From positions 227,571 to 291,570 of the forward strand of contig CAVUMN010000001.1 in the NCBI GenBank assembly GCA_963742735.1: a stretch of 64,000 nt of DNA, given 5' to 3'. The notes below the pieces were generated by a model. That model did no database searches, was not told the DNA's origin, and was given only the letters and a program-made list of their open reading frames with translations. The translations under genes were made by a program, and so were the position numbers. This stretch comes from an uncultured Actinomycetes bacterium. Lineage in GTDB: Bacteria; Actinomycetota; UBA4738; JBBDTT01. Below are positions 9,933 through 19,697 of the stretch, one piece after another. Numbering within the stretch: the first letter of the stretch is position 1; the number at the start of each line of letters is the position of its first letter.

Positions 9933-10795
9933 CGCTCGAGGAGGACGCCGCCGCGGCCGTCGGGGAACCCGTCGCCGCCGCGGCCGTCTTCGAGGCCAAC
10001 GCCGGAAAGCTGCAGGCCTTCCCCGAAGACGACCGGAAACCGCGCCGGCGCGGCTACGTGATCGCGGTGACCGCCGCCGCCATCCACGTTCTGCCCGCCG
10101 ACCTCAACGTGGGGGGGACGAAGATCACCGGAAAGCTCCTGGAGTGGGACCGGGCCGGGACCCACGTCCACGGCAGGCCGTACGGGACCCACGTCAAGCT
10201 CGCGCTGGAGGGCCCCGACGGCCGCCTGCTGGAGCTGGAGGCGCCGCGGGCAAGGGGCCGGTCGGTGGCGATGATCGACCTCCTGGCGGGCGAGGGGTGG
10301 GCGCGCCGGGCCGTCCTGGGCCAGGACGACGTCCCCGAGACCACCGTGCGCAAGCTCGCCGGGGTGGGCCTGATCGCCGGCGCGGCGCTGTACGCCCTCG
10401 CCTCGTTCGTCCCCTGGCTTCGGCTCGGCGGCCTCGGGGGAAGCACCGCCATCGGCGGCGTCGACCTGATCGGGATCGGCTACCTGTGGCTGGGCGGGTT
10501 CGCCGCGATCGAGGGGATCGCCCCCGTCGCCGGGTGGGCGTACGCGCGCCGCATGGGGATCGGCCCCATCCTGACCGGCGGCCTGGGAACCTGGTTCGTG
10601 ATCCGGGACTACTCCGACATCCAGGAGTCGCTCCGCGCCGCGAGGGCCGAGTTCACCGTGGTGAACTGGTCCTGGAGCGCGGGCTTCTACGCCGCCGTCG
10701 CCGGGACCGTGATCATCCTGGTCGCCGGCATCGTGATGGTGGCGGCCAAGCCGAAGTTCCCCACCGCGACCGCCCCCGCCCCGGCGCCGGACTAG
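9929..10795 (+). CDS. Hypothetical protein: soluble N-terminal domain plus four C-terminal TM helices
   Basis: GTG overlaps the panE stop; GC3-rich codon usage; hydrophobic C-terminal half. Confidence 0.65.
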   Translation: MTLEEDAAAAVGEPVAAAAVFEANAGKLQAFPEDDRKPRRRGYVIAVTAAAIHVLPADLNVGGTKITGKLLEWDRAGTHVHGRPYGTHVKLALEGPDGRLLELEAPRARGRSVAMIDLLAGEGWARRAVLGQDDVPETTVRKLAGVGLIAGAALYALASFVPWLRLGGLGGSTAIGGVDLIGIGYLWLGGFAAIEGIAPVAGWAYARRMGIGPILTGGLGTWFVIRDYSDIQESLRAARAEFTVVNWSWSAGFYAAVAGTVIILVAGIVMVAAKPKFPTATAPAPAPD

Positions 10796-10809
10796 CCCGC
10801 CGGTTCGCG

Positions 10810-11841
10810 TCAGCCGAAGAAGACCTGAGCGACCTCGTAGAGCTCCTGCGGGACGGTCTTGAGCCGGGCCACCGCGTCGTCCAGGGGGACGCTCACGATG
10901 TCGTTGCCGCGCAACGAGACCATCCTTCCCCATTCGGCCGCGGCGGCCAGATCGATCGCCGCCACCCCGTAGCGCGTCGCCAGCACGCGGTCGTACGCCG
11001 TGGGCGTCCCGCCGCGCTGCACGTGGCCGAGGATCGTGACGCGCGTGTCGAAGCCGGTCCGGTGCTGGAGGGCGTCGGCGATGATCGTCGAGATCCCGCC
11101 CAGCCGGGGACGGCCGAACTCGTCACGCTCGTACTCGGGCACGTCCATGGTCCCCTCGCGCGGAAGCGCGCCCTCGGCGACGACCACGATCGAGAACGAG
11201 TGCCCCGCCGAGTGGCGGTGGCGCAGGTGGTTGGCCACCTCCGCGATGTCGAACGGGTATTCGGGGATGAGGATGACGTCCGCACCGCCCGCCAGGCCCG
11301 CGTACAGGCCGATCCAACCCGCGTGGCGCCCCATCACCTCCAGGACCATGACCCGGTTGTGGCTCTCGGCGGTCGTGTGCAGCCGGTCGATCGCGTCGCA
11401 CGCGATCTGGACGGCCGTGTCGAACCCGAACGTGTAGTCGGTGGAAGCCAGGTCGTTGTCGATCGTCTTCGGCACGCCGATGACGTTGAGGCCCTCCCGG
11501 ACCATCGCCGCGGCGCACGACAGCGTGCCCTCGCCCCCCACGACGATGAGGCCCTCGATGTTGTAGGCGGCCAGGTTCTCCTTCACGAGCTCGAGCCCGC
11601 CCTCGACCTTGAAGGGATTCGTCCGGGACGTTCCGAGGATCGTCCCGCCGCGGTGCAGGATCCCGCGGGCGCTCTCGGGGGTCAGCTCCATGACCGCCCC
11701 GTCCATGACGCCGCGCCACCCGTTGCGGAACCCGATGATCACGTCGCCGTGGTCCTGGCATCCCTTGCGGACCACCGCCCGGGTCACGGCGTTGAGTCCC
11801 GGGCAGTCGCCGCCCCCGGTGAGGATGCCGATCCTGGCCAT
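10810..11841 (-). CDS. pfkA: 6-phosphofructokinase (actinobacterial mixed ATP/PPi type)
   Basis: ILTGGGDCPGLN, GGTILGTSR, PKTIDND, EVMGRHAGW and GHVQRGG motifs. Confidence 0.96.
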   Translation of the reverse strand: MARIGILTGGGDCPGLNAVTRAVVRKGCQDHGDVIIGFRNGWRGVMDGAVMELTPESARGILHRGGTILGTSRTNPFKVEGGLELVKENLAAYNIEGLIVVGGEGTLSCAAAMVREGLNVIGVPKTIDNDLASTDYTFGFDTAVQIACDAIDRLHTTAESHNRVMVLEVMGRHAGWIGLYAGLAGGADVILIPEYPFDIAEVANHLRHRHSAGHSFSIVVVAEGALPREGTMDVPEYERDEFGRPRLGGISTIIADALQHRTGFDTRVTILGHVQRGGTPTAYDRVLATRYGVAAIDLAAAAEWGRMVSLRGNDIVSVPLDDAVARLKTVPQELYEVAQVFFG

Positions 11842-12028
11842 GTCCCGCTTCTCCGTCCTTGAGGGATTCAGCAAGCTTCGGGCGGTTCAAGGGTCTTTAC
11901 GCGTCGACGCCCGGCCGGTCGGATTGTAGACTCGGGCCTCTCGCCACAGGACTTGGGGAAGGGTCCGGGGCACTCGAAGCTTCCCTTCACACGCCGAAGA
12001 CACGGGCTCGCACGTGCCGGAGGACGGA

Positions 12029-12959
12029 ATGCGGAAGACGATCATCGCGAGCGTGGTGCTCGTGCTCGCGTTTGGAACGGGTGCCTTCGCTCAGGACCTC
12101 GACGCCGACATCGCCGGCGCGGCGGACGACGCTGCGGCGGCGCAGGCGCGCCTGGACGCCCTCGCCGCCGAGGTCGGCCTGCTCGGGGCCGAGCTGAGGC
12201 AGGTGGAGGCCACCGAGGACCTCCTGATCCGGGCCATCCTCCGCGCCGAGCGCGCGCAGGCCCTCATGTGGGCCAAGCTCCAGGACTCCCGCGAGGTCCT
12301 GGCGCACCGCGCGGCCGCGGCCTACCAGGTCGGACCGGCCGCGACCCTCGAGGTCATCCTGTCCGTGACCAGCCCCTCCGAGCTGGCCTCGGCGCAGGCG
12401 TTCACGGAACGGGCCTTCGGGTCCGACACCGAGCTGATCGCCACCGTCGAACAGCGCCGCGAGGAGGTCGAGGCGAACCAGACGCTGCTGAAGGAGCAGC
12501 GCGAGGCCCTCGAGGTCGAGCGCCAGCGCGTCCAGAAGCTGTTCGAGCAGATCTCGATCCGCCTGCGCGAGGCCGAGGCCGTCGCCCGGGCCGCACACCT
12601 GCGCGTGGCCCAGCTCGAGCAGCGCAAGCGCGAGATCGAGGAGGCGGCACGGCGCGAGGCCCTTCGCCAGGCGCTGCTGGACGGCGCCGGGCGGGGAGGC
12701 CCCTGGTCGGCCGACTGGGACGCCATCGCCATGTGCGAGTCGAGCGGGAACTGGGCCGCGAACACCGGCAACGGCTACTGGGGCGGCCTCCAGTTCCATC
12801 CCAGCACCTGGTACGCCTACGGCGGCGGCCCGTTCGACGGCAAGGGGCCGTTCCCGTACACGCGCGCGGAGCAGATCCCGGTCGCCGAGAAGGTGCTGGA
12901 CAGCCAGGGCCCCGGCGCATGGCCCCACTGCTACCGGTCCAACTACGCCGCCCTCTTGA
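12029..12959 (+). CDS. Secreted coiled-coil protein with a C-terminal Rpf (resuscitation-promoting factor) transglycosylase domain; as sequenced it has no in-frame stop and reads into glpK
   Basis: GGAGG then ATG at 12029; signal peptide; long A/E/Q/R coiled coil; [27 protein letters not shown]...EQI.VAEKVL..QG.GAWPHC. Confidence 0.85.
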
Positions 12960-14449
12960 GCGTCCTCGCCATCGACGCCGGCACCACCGGCGTCACCGCC
13001 CTCGTCGTGGCCGAGGACGGCTCGGTGGCCGGGAAGGGCTACCGTGAGTTCCCCCAGCAGTTCCCGCGCCCGGGCTGGGTGGAGCACGACCCCGAGGCCT
13101 GGTGGGCGGCCACCCTCGTCTCGGTCCGGGAGGCGCTCGCCTCGGCCGGCCGTGAGCCGGGCGACCTGGCCGCGCTCGGGATCACCAACCAGCGCGAGAC
13201 CACCGTGCTGTGGGACCGGGAGTCGCTGCGCCCCATCGGACCGGCCATCGTGTGGCAGGACCGCCGCACGGCCGCCGAGTGCGACCGCCTGAAGGCGGAG
13301 GGGTGGGAGGACCGGGTCCGCGAACGGACCGGCCTGGTGATCGACGCGTACTTCTCGGGGACGAAGATCGCCTGGCTGCTCGACCACGTCGACGGCGCCC
13401 GCGAGGCTGCCGAGGCCGGCCGGCTGGCGTTCGGGACCGTGGACTGCTACCTGGTGGCGCGGCTGACGGGCGGGACGGTCCACGCGACCGAAGGGACCAA
13501 CGCGTCACGAACGATGGTCTTCGACATCCACCGGCTGGACTGGGACGACGAGCTCCTGGAGCACCTTCGGATCCCGCGCGGGGTGCTTCCGGAGGTTCGG
13601 CCCTCGAGCGGAGACTTCGGCTCGACCGACCCGAAGGCGTTCCTGGGGGCGAGCATCCCCATCGCGGGCATCGCCGGCGATCAGCAGGCGGCCCTGTTCG
13701 GCCAGGCCTGCTTCACGCCCGGCGCCACGAAGAACACGTACGGGACGGGCTCGTTCGTGCTGATGAACACCGGGCCGGAGGCCCCCATCAGCCGCGAGGG
13801 ACTGCTGACCACCATCGCGGTGGGCCACGCGGACCACGCGGAGTACGCGTTGGAGGGGGCCATCTTCGTCACCGGGGCCGCGGTGCAGTGGCTGCGCGAC
13901 GGCCTGGGGATCATCCACGAGGCCGCCGAGACCGGCCCCCTGGCGGCGAGCGTCCCGGACACCGAGGGCGTGTACTTCGTCCCCGCGCTGGTGGGGCTCG
14001 GCGCGCCGTGGTGGGACCCCTACGCGCGGGGGACGATCGTGGGCATCACCCGCGGGACCACGCGCGCCCACCTGGCCCGGGCCACCGTCGAGGCCATGGC
14101 GTTCCAGACCCGCGACGTGGTGGCAGCAATGAGCCGTGAGGCCGCCCTGCCGGTCACCGAGCTGAAGGCCGACGGGGGCGCCTCCGCCATGGACCTGCTG
14201 ATGCAGGAGCAGGCCGACCAGCTCGGCGTCCCGGTGATGCGCCCGGTCGTCCAGGAGACGACCGCCATGGGCGCCGCCTACCTGGCCGGGCTGGGAACGG
14301 GGGTGTGGTCCTCCCGGGAGGAGGTGGCCTCGCACTGGAAGCTCGACGCCCGGTTCGAGCCCGGCGACCGCGCGGCCGCCGACGCCCGGCATGCCGGCTG
14401 GATCCGGGCCGTGGAACGGTCCCGAGGGTGGGCCAGCCCGGAATCCTGA
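12956..14449 (+). CDS. glpK: Glycerol kinase
   Basis: [47 protein letters not shown] and KNTYGTG motifs; candidate TTG start at 12956. Confidence 0.95.
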   Translation: MSVLAIDAGTTGVTALVVAEDGSVAGKGYREFPQQFPRPGWVEHDPEAWWAATLVSVREALASAGREPGDLAALGITNQRETTVLWDRESLRPIGPAIVWQDRRTAAECDRLKAEGWEDRVRERTGLVIDAYFSGTKIAWLLDHVDGAREAAEAGRLAFGTVDCYLVARLTGGTVHATEGTNASRTMVFDIHRLDWDDELLEHLRIPRGVLPEVRPSSGDFGSTDPKAFLGASIPIAGIAGDQQAALFGQACFTPGATKNTYGTGSFVLMNTGPEAPISREGLLTTIAVGHADHAEYALEGAIFVTGAAVQWLRDGLGIIHEAAETGPLAASVPDTEGVYFVPALVGLGAPWWDPYARGTIVGITRGTTRAHLARATVEAMAFQTRDVVAAMSREAALPVTELKADGGASAMDLLMQEQADQLGVPVMRPVVQETTAMGAAYLAGLGTGVWSSREEVASHWKLDARFEPGDRAAADARHAGWIRAVERSRGWASPES

Positions 14450-14593
14450 GCCCCCCGGGAACGTTCCGGACGACGAGCCCGTCTCTATCCACGGGGTTGA
14501 CGTTTCGGACAACTCCGGCACGGGTATCGAGCGGTCGCCCCCGATACCAATCTCGCGCCACCGGGGAAGCGCGGGGCACCGAAAGGAGCACGA

Positions 14594-14779
14594 GTGCCAC
14601 GCTGTCCTGCCTGTGAGTCGTTCCGAATCGTCGTCGTCCTGAGTCCCGAGCGCCGCGCGTTCTGCGTCAGATGCGGCGCGCGCTGGCTTCAGGACGGTTC
14701 CGTTCAGCGTGCCGTTCGCACGGCGCCGGCGCTGCCGCCGGTGTCGGCCTCACGCTCGCCCGAGACCCAGCCCGCCTAG
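14594..14779 (+). CDS. Small Zn-ribbon-like protein, 61 aa
   Basis: AAAGGAG RBS; CPAC...CVRC motif. Confidence 0.7.
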   Translation: MPRCPACESFRIVVVLSPERRAFCVRCGARWLQDGSVQRAVRTAPALPPVSASRSPETQPA

Positions 14780-15753
14780 GAGTCCTCGGTCTGGGGGGCG
14801 CCCGCGCCCCCCGTCCGCCCGCCCCCGAGCGCCTTCTTCGCCTCTCCCGCCCGCTCCCGCGCCGCGAGCGCGGCCGCCGTGAGGCCCACCCGCGCCCGCA
14901 GTACCGCACCGGCCTTCCGCGCACCCCGCGGATACCCCAGATCGGCCAGGAGCCCGCCGGCGAGGGCCTCGAAGGCCTCCACGTCCCCCTCGGCCATCTC
15001 CGTCCGCCAGTCCCGTGCGCCCTCCTGCGGCGGCGTGGCCGCCCGGGCGTGGTACGGGAGCCCCGACGCGGGCGCCAGCCGGTCGCGATCCACGTCCCTG
15101 GCGTGCTCGAGCATCCTGGGGTCGAAGGCGAGCTCCACGAAGGCGCACAGCCGCTCGAGGGTCGCGCGGGGACCGGCCACGAGGTCCTCGTAGCGGACCT
15201 CGTGGTAGCGGCCCGGTCCGAGCACCGCGCCGGACGCGCGGCCGGCGCCGACGTCGCGCCGCCACTTCCACGCCGCCTCCAGAACGCTCCTCGGCCCCCA
15301 CGGCACCGAGAGATAGGACAGGGCGACCTCGCGCCCGTCGCGGATCAGGTGCACGAACCGGGCCTCCGGCCACAGCCGGGAGAGCAGCCCCACGTGGCGG
15401 ACGTAGATCGGCGTCTTGTCGGCCCACCGCCGCTTGCCGTGATGCTCGGCGTTGGCCAGGAACGCCCGCTCGATGACGTTCGCGAACGTCGGCCGTTCCA
15501 GGGCCCGGACGCTCTCCAGGTAGCGCTCGGGCGGGATCTTCCAGTGTCCGAAGTGCGGGGTGCGGGCGACGGCCGCGGCCAGGGCCCCGGCGTCAAGCCG
15601 GCCGTCCCGCTCGAAGCGGCCGCGTCGCCGCCACAGCGGCGGGATGAAGTGCGACTCCCCCGGCACCGCCAGCTCCGGGTGGGCGTCGAGCATCAGCCGG
15701 AGCATGGTCGAGCCCGACCGCCCGCATCCCACCACGAAGAACGGCGCGTCCAT
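14776..15753 (-). CDS. Sulfotransferase (Sulfotransfer_3-like)
   Basis: FVVGCGRSGSTML PAPS loop, ESHF, WADKTP, IRDGREVALS and VRYEDL motifs. Confidence 0.92.
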   Translation of the reverse strand: MDAPFFVVGCGRSGSTMLRLMLDAHPELAVPGESHFIPPLWRRRGRFERDGRLDAGALAAAVARTPHFGHWKIPPERYLESVRALERPTFANVIERAFLANAEHHGKRRWADKTPIYVRHVGLLSRLWPEARFVHLIRDGREVALSYLSVPWGPRSVLEAAWKWRRDVGAGRASGAVLGPGRYHEVRYEDLVAGPRATLERLCAFVELAFDPRMLEHARDVDRDRLAPASGLPYHARAATPPQEGARDWRTEMAEGDVEAFEALAGGLLADLGYPRGARKAGAVLRARVGLTAAALAARERAGEAKKALGGGRTGGAGAPQTEDS

Positions 15754-15765
15754 CGCCTGAAGTGT

Positions 15766-16749
15766 CTACCAGCGCCGGGGCGGGGGGAGCATCCCCGGGC
15801 GGACCAGGCGCATGAGCCGGTGGCGCAGCCGCCGGCCCCCTCGCGACGCGGCGGTGACGGCGCGGCCGAACGTCGCCCGGGCGCGGGCGGAGGCCGGCGG
15901 GTTCGCGACCGCGCGCTCGTACCCGAACGCCTCGAGCGTCTCCCCCGCGATCGCCTCGAAGACGGCCACGTCTCCGCGGCTCATCTGGGCTCGCCAGTCG
16001 CGCAGCCCCTTGGTGGGTGGCTTGGCCTCGTGTTCGTGGTGGCGCTGCTCCTTCACGGAGAGGACGTCCCCGGTCCGCTCGTGGTAGCGCAGCATCTCCG
16101 GGCGCAGGTCCAGGTCGATGAACGCACAGATCCGGCGCAGCTCCTCCTCGCCTCGATCCACCAGCTCCTCGTAGCGCACCTCCAGGTACCGGCCGGGGCC
16201 CAGCCCCCGCCCGATCCGCCGGCCGAGCTCGCTGCGCTTCGCCCACAGCTCCGCCGCCTCGGGCAGGTGACGGGCCCATCCCCGCTGGAGGAACGACAGG
16301 GCCACGTCCCGGCCGTCGCGGTACAGGTGCAGGAACCGGGCGTCGGGCCACAGGCCGGCCAGGAGCTCCATCTCCAGGATGTAGCCGGGCGTCTTGTCGC
16401 CCCACCGCGCGGCGCCGTGCTCTCCGGCGTAGGCCAGGAAGAACGCCTCCATGACGGCGGCGAAGGACGGGTCGTCCAGGGCGCGGAGCCGCTCCCGGAC
16501 GGCGTCGGCCGGGATCTTCCACTCCCGGAACCGGAACTGCGGGAACAGCGACTCGGCGAGGGCCATGGCGTCCAGGCGCCCGTCGCGTTCGAAGCGGCCG
16601 CGGATCGTCCACATCCTGGGGATGAAGTGGGACTCGGGCGGGATGGCCAGGTCGGGGTGGGCGTCCAGCATCAGCCGCAGCATGGTGGTGCCGCTCCGTC
16701 CGGACCCGACGACGAACAGGGGTGGCGCCGAGGCGCCGGCGGAGGTCAC
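15766..16749 (-). CDS. Sulfotransferase, paralogue of the adjacent gene
   Basis: VVGSGRSGTTML, PESHF, WGDKTP, RDGRDVALS and VRYEEL motifs; probable own GTG at 16749. Confidence 0.88.
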   Translation of the reverse strand: MTSAGASAPPLFVVGSGRSGTTMLRLMLDAHPDLAIPPESHFIPRMWTIRGRFERDGRLDAMALAESLFPQFRFREWKIPADAVRERLRALDDPSFAAVMEAFFLAYAGEHGAARWGDKTPGYILEMELLAGLWPDARFLHLYRDGRDVALSFLQRGWARHLPEAAELWAKRSELGRRIGRGLGPGRYLEVRYEELVDRGEEELRRICAFIDLDLRPEMLRYHERTGDVLSVKEQRHHEHEAKPPTKGLRDWRAQMSRGDVAVFEAIAGETLEAFGYERAVANPPASARARATFGRAVTAASRGGRRLRHRLMRLVRPGMLPPPRRW

Positions 16750-17613
16750 TACGAGGTGGCGGCGCGGGAGAGCGAGCGGTGCAGCGAGTCCAGCGAAGTC
16801 CACGGCCCGGTTCACGATCACGTCCTGGTCGGCGAGGGTCTGGAACCGCAGCAGGCTGGTCCCTTCGGCCAGGTCCACCTCGATGTGGCCCAGCTGCTCG
16901 GCCGTGACGTGCGGCTCGATCTCCGCGATCGCCTGGTGGAGCTCCTCGAGGCCCTCGGTCAGCTCGCCGTAGATGAACTTCACCGCGCCGCCGCGGCGGA
17001 GGACCTCCACCGCGTCCTTCTTGAACCGCGGGCTGATCACCACAGCGGGCCGGTCCCGCTTGGCGGCGGCCTTGCCCCGCAGGCGGCGGACCGTTGGGTG
17101 CTGCAGGAGCCTGGTCCCTAGGGCGTACCGCTTCATCCACAGGCGGACCTTGCTGCGCGCGGGGAGCGGCTGCCGGTTCTTCGGCACCGAGAGCGGCACC
17201 GGGGCGATCGATATCCCGACCGCGTCGGGCTCCTGGGCCGCGGCGGCCATGGCGCTCCGCCCCCCGAAACAGGTCGCCACGATCGCCAGCCTGGGGACGC
17301 CGGTGGCCCGCTTGAGGAAGGCGGCCGCGGCGAGCGCGTCCTTGTCGAACGGCACCTCCATGTCGAAGAACGCGGTGCCGGTGCTGTCGCCGACGCCGTG
17401 GTAATCGACCCGGATGCTCGGGAACCCCCGCTCGGCCAGGGCTCGGGCGGTGCGTACCCACATCCGGTTGCGGTGGGTCCGGGTGTAGTTGCCGCCGGTC
17501 AGCAGGACCACCCCGAGGTCGTGGCCGCCCGCGGCCGGCGCGCACACCACCGCGCACAGGCGGTCCTCCCCGAGAGGGATGAACGCCGGGAACTCCTCCC
17601 ACGCCCGGGTCAC
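16749..17613 (-). CDS. Alpha/beta hydrolase resembling exosortase-associated hydrolase 1; probable indel near 16790 joins it to the sulfotransferase
   Basis: GVVLLTGGNYTRTHRNR, RVDYHGVGDSTG and nucleophile elbow ATCFGG. An alternative GC3-rich frame ends at a TAG overlapping GTG 16749. Confidence 0.75.
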
Positions 17614-18533
17614 GTCGTGCGCATCCAGTCGGCGGCGGCGTTCGCGATGCCCTCGACGATCGGGGCCTGGACGTCCTCGCGGGTCATCGGGTCGCCGGTC
17701 GAGACGTACGCCACCCCGCCGAACGACGTGCCGGGCGGCTCGCGAAGGCGCTCCACGCGCACCCGCGCCCCGTTCGCCTGCAGCCGGTCGGCGAGGGCCT
17801 GGGTGTCCTTGCCGACCCCCGAGCGCTTCGAGACCTCGAACAGCAGGGCCTCGCCGCGGAACGCCCCCGCGTCCACCGAGAGGTCCTCGCCCTTCAGCGG
17901 GTCGTACAGGCCCCGGTAGATCGGGAACCCGAGCACGTCGACCATGCCGGTCCGTTCGAGCTCGGCGAGCATGTCCTCGGTCGAGCGCTTCGGGGTGTCG
18001 TCGCGGATCGACAGCTGGACCAGGGCCATCTCCTTGATCATGCGCCGGAAGTAGGACTCCCCGGTGAGGGCGGGATTCATGAGGATCAGGCGCTCGGCCG
18101 CGCCGTCGCGGGCGGCGAGCCCGGCGATGAGGCCGCCGAACTTCCCTCCGATCAGGCCGAGCCGCGTGGTCCCGGCCTCGGTCGCCAGGCGCTCGGCCGC
18201 CGCGCGGGTGTCCTCCAGGTGCCACTCGAGCGTGGCGTCGGACAGCGAGCCCGACGAGTCGCCGTAGCCCCGCCGATGGAACGCCAGGACCGGGTGACCG
18301 AGCGAGGCCAGGCGGCGGGCCAGGGCCCGCTCCGTGCGGCGAAGGTTCAGCACCTCCAGGCCGTAGGAGTGGTTGACCACCCAGCCGAGGTCGGTGCGCA
18401 CGCCGTCGTCGGCCGGCAGGTACAGCAGCCCGAAGCATCGCTCCCCCTCCACCTCGAACACGAACGCGCGCTCGGTGACGCCGTCGAGGGTGTGGGAAGC
18501 GTGCTCGGCCAGAAGGGTCCGATCGAGCTCCAC
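17610..18533 (-). CDS. Alpha/beta hydrolase resembling exosortase-associated hydrolase 2
   Basis: FHRRGYGDSSG, elbow IGGKFGG with no Ser, LILMNP. Start approximate. Confidence 0.75.
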   Translation of the reverse strand: MELDRTLLAEHASHTLDGVTERAFVFEVEGERCFGLLYLPADDGVRTDLGWVVNHSYGLEVLNLRRTERALARRLASLGHPVLAFHRRGYGDSSGSLSDATLEWHLEDTRAAAERLATEAGTTRLGLIGGKFGGLIAGLAARDGAAERLILMNPALTGESYFRRMIKEMALVQLSIRDDTPKRSTEDMLAELERTGMVDVLGFPIYRGLYDPLKGEDLSVDAGAFRGEALLFEVSKRSGVGKDTQALADRLQANGARVRVERLREPPGTSFGGVAYVSTGDPMTREDVQAPIVEGIANAAADWMRTT

Positions 18534-18617
18534 GAGCCCGAATCCTAGTGGACCGAGCACCGGCCGCCCCGCCGGGCCGGGCGCTCGCCTCCGGCACGAA
18601 TACAATGGCCCCGCTCG

Positions 18618-19697
18618 ATGCCGACCCCTTCATCCACACCTCGATCCCGGGCGAAGCGCGCCTCCAGTTCGCCCGCCCGCAAGGCGGCCGCCAAGGCCGC
18701 GCCTACGCGCGTGCCCGGAAATGGGCAGAACGACGGGCTGAACGAGGCCGACGAGCTCCTCGGCCCCGCGACCGCCGCCCAGCTGGCCGAAGAGGAGCGC
18801 CTCGGCCGGAAGATCCCCCGGGTCCGGGCCCTCACCACCGAGGACCTCGGCGACCTGAGGCCCCCGCCGAAGCAGCGCTACCCCGTCCGCATCCTCCAGA
18901 AGGTGGCCGAGCTGTGGCGCGCGCGGGAGCTGCTGTACACGTTCGTGGAACGCGACCTGCGGGTGCGCTACAAGCAGGCGGTGCTCGGGGCGTTCTGGGC
19001 GATCGCCCAGCCCCTGATGCTGATGGTGGTGTTCAGCGTGGTGTTCGGCCGCATCGCGAAGGTCCCCAGCGAGGGTCTCCCCTACATCGTGTTCAGCTAC
19101 GCGGCGCTGGTCCCGTTCCAGCTGTTCGCGTCGTCGCTGAACTACGGGACGTCGAGCATCGTCTCGAACTGGGCGACGATCCGGAAGATCTACATGCCCC
19201 GCGAGATCTTCCCGCTGGCCGCCGTCCTGTCGGCCGGCTTCGACTTCCTGGTCTCGAGCGTGATCCTGATCGGGATCCTGTTCTCGTTCGGGATCTTCCC
19301 TTCTGGGACATGGATCGCGTATCCCGTGCTACTGGCGGTGCTGATGCTGTTTGCGACGTCGATCACCATGCTCGTGTCGATGACGACCGCCTATGTCCGG
19401 GACACGCGCTACGGGATCCCGCTGCTCCTGCAGATCCTCATGTTCGCGAGCCCGGTCGCGTACCCGCTGTCCAGGGTGATCGGACCGGAGGGGGCCATCA
19501 ACGGCTGGCTCGCCGACGCCTATCCCTACCTGAATCCGCTCGTGCCGATCATGGACGGCTTCCGTCGCGTCCTCGCGCACGGGCAGTGGCCGGACTGGGG
19601 CCCGCTCGCCTCGGCCGCCGGCGTGGGAGTGGTGCTGCTGGCCGTCGTCTACCGCGGCTACAAGCGGCTGGACCCGAACTTCGCGGACGTGGTGTGA
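18618..19697 (+). CDS. ABC-2 polysaccharide export permease (Wzm/TagG-like)
   Basis: RDLRVRYKQAVLGAFW, KIYMPRE, FASPVAYP and LNPL motifs; ends FADVV. Confidence 0.92.
   Translation: MPTPSSTPRSRAKRASSSPARKAAAKAAPTRVPGNGQNDGLNEADELLGPATAAQLAEEERLGRKIPRVRALTTEDLGDLRPPPKQRYPVRILQKVAELWRARELLYTFVERDLRVRYKQAVLGAFWAIAQPLMLMVVFSVVFGRIAKVPSEGLPYIVFSYAALVPFQLFASSLNYGTSSIVSNWATIRKIYMPREIFPLAAVLSAGFDFLVSSVILIGILFSFGIFPSGTWIAYPVLLAVLMLFATSITMLVSMTTAYVRDTRYGIPLLLQILMFASPVAYPLSRVIGPEGAINGWLADAYPYLNPLVPIMDGFRRVLAHGQWPDWGPLASAAGVGVVLLAVVYRGYKRLDPNFADVV

Noticed and set aside
11850-12028. c-di-AMP (ydaO) riboswitch upstream of the rpf gene
   Set aside because: The expected conserved elements are not recognisable.
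15766-17613. Apparent hydrolase-sulfotransferase fusion (part of the 957-aa ORF)
   Set aside because: The junction codons are GC3-poor, while the shifted frame reads LDSLHRSLSRAATS-TAG in typical codons and overlaps a GTG at 16749. An indel near 16790 explains it best.
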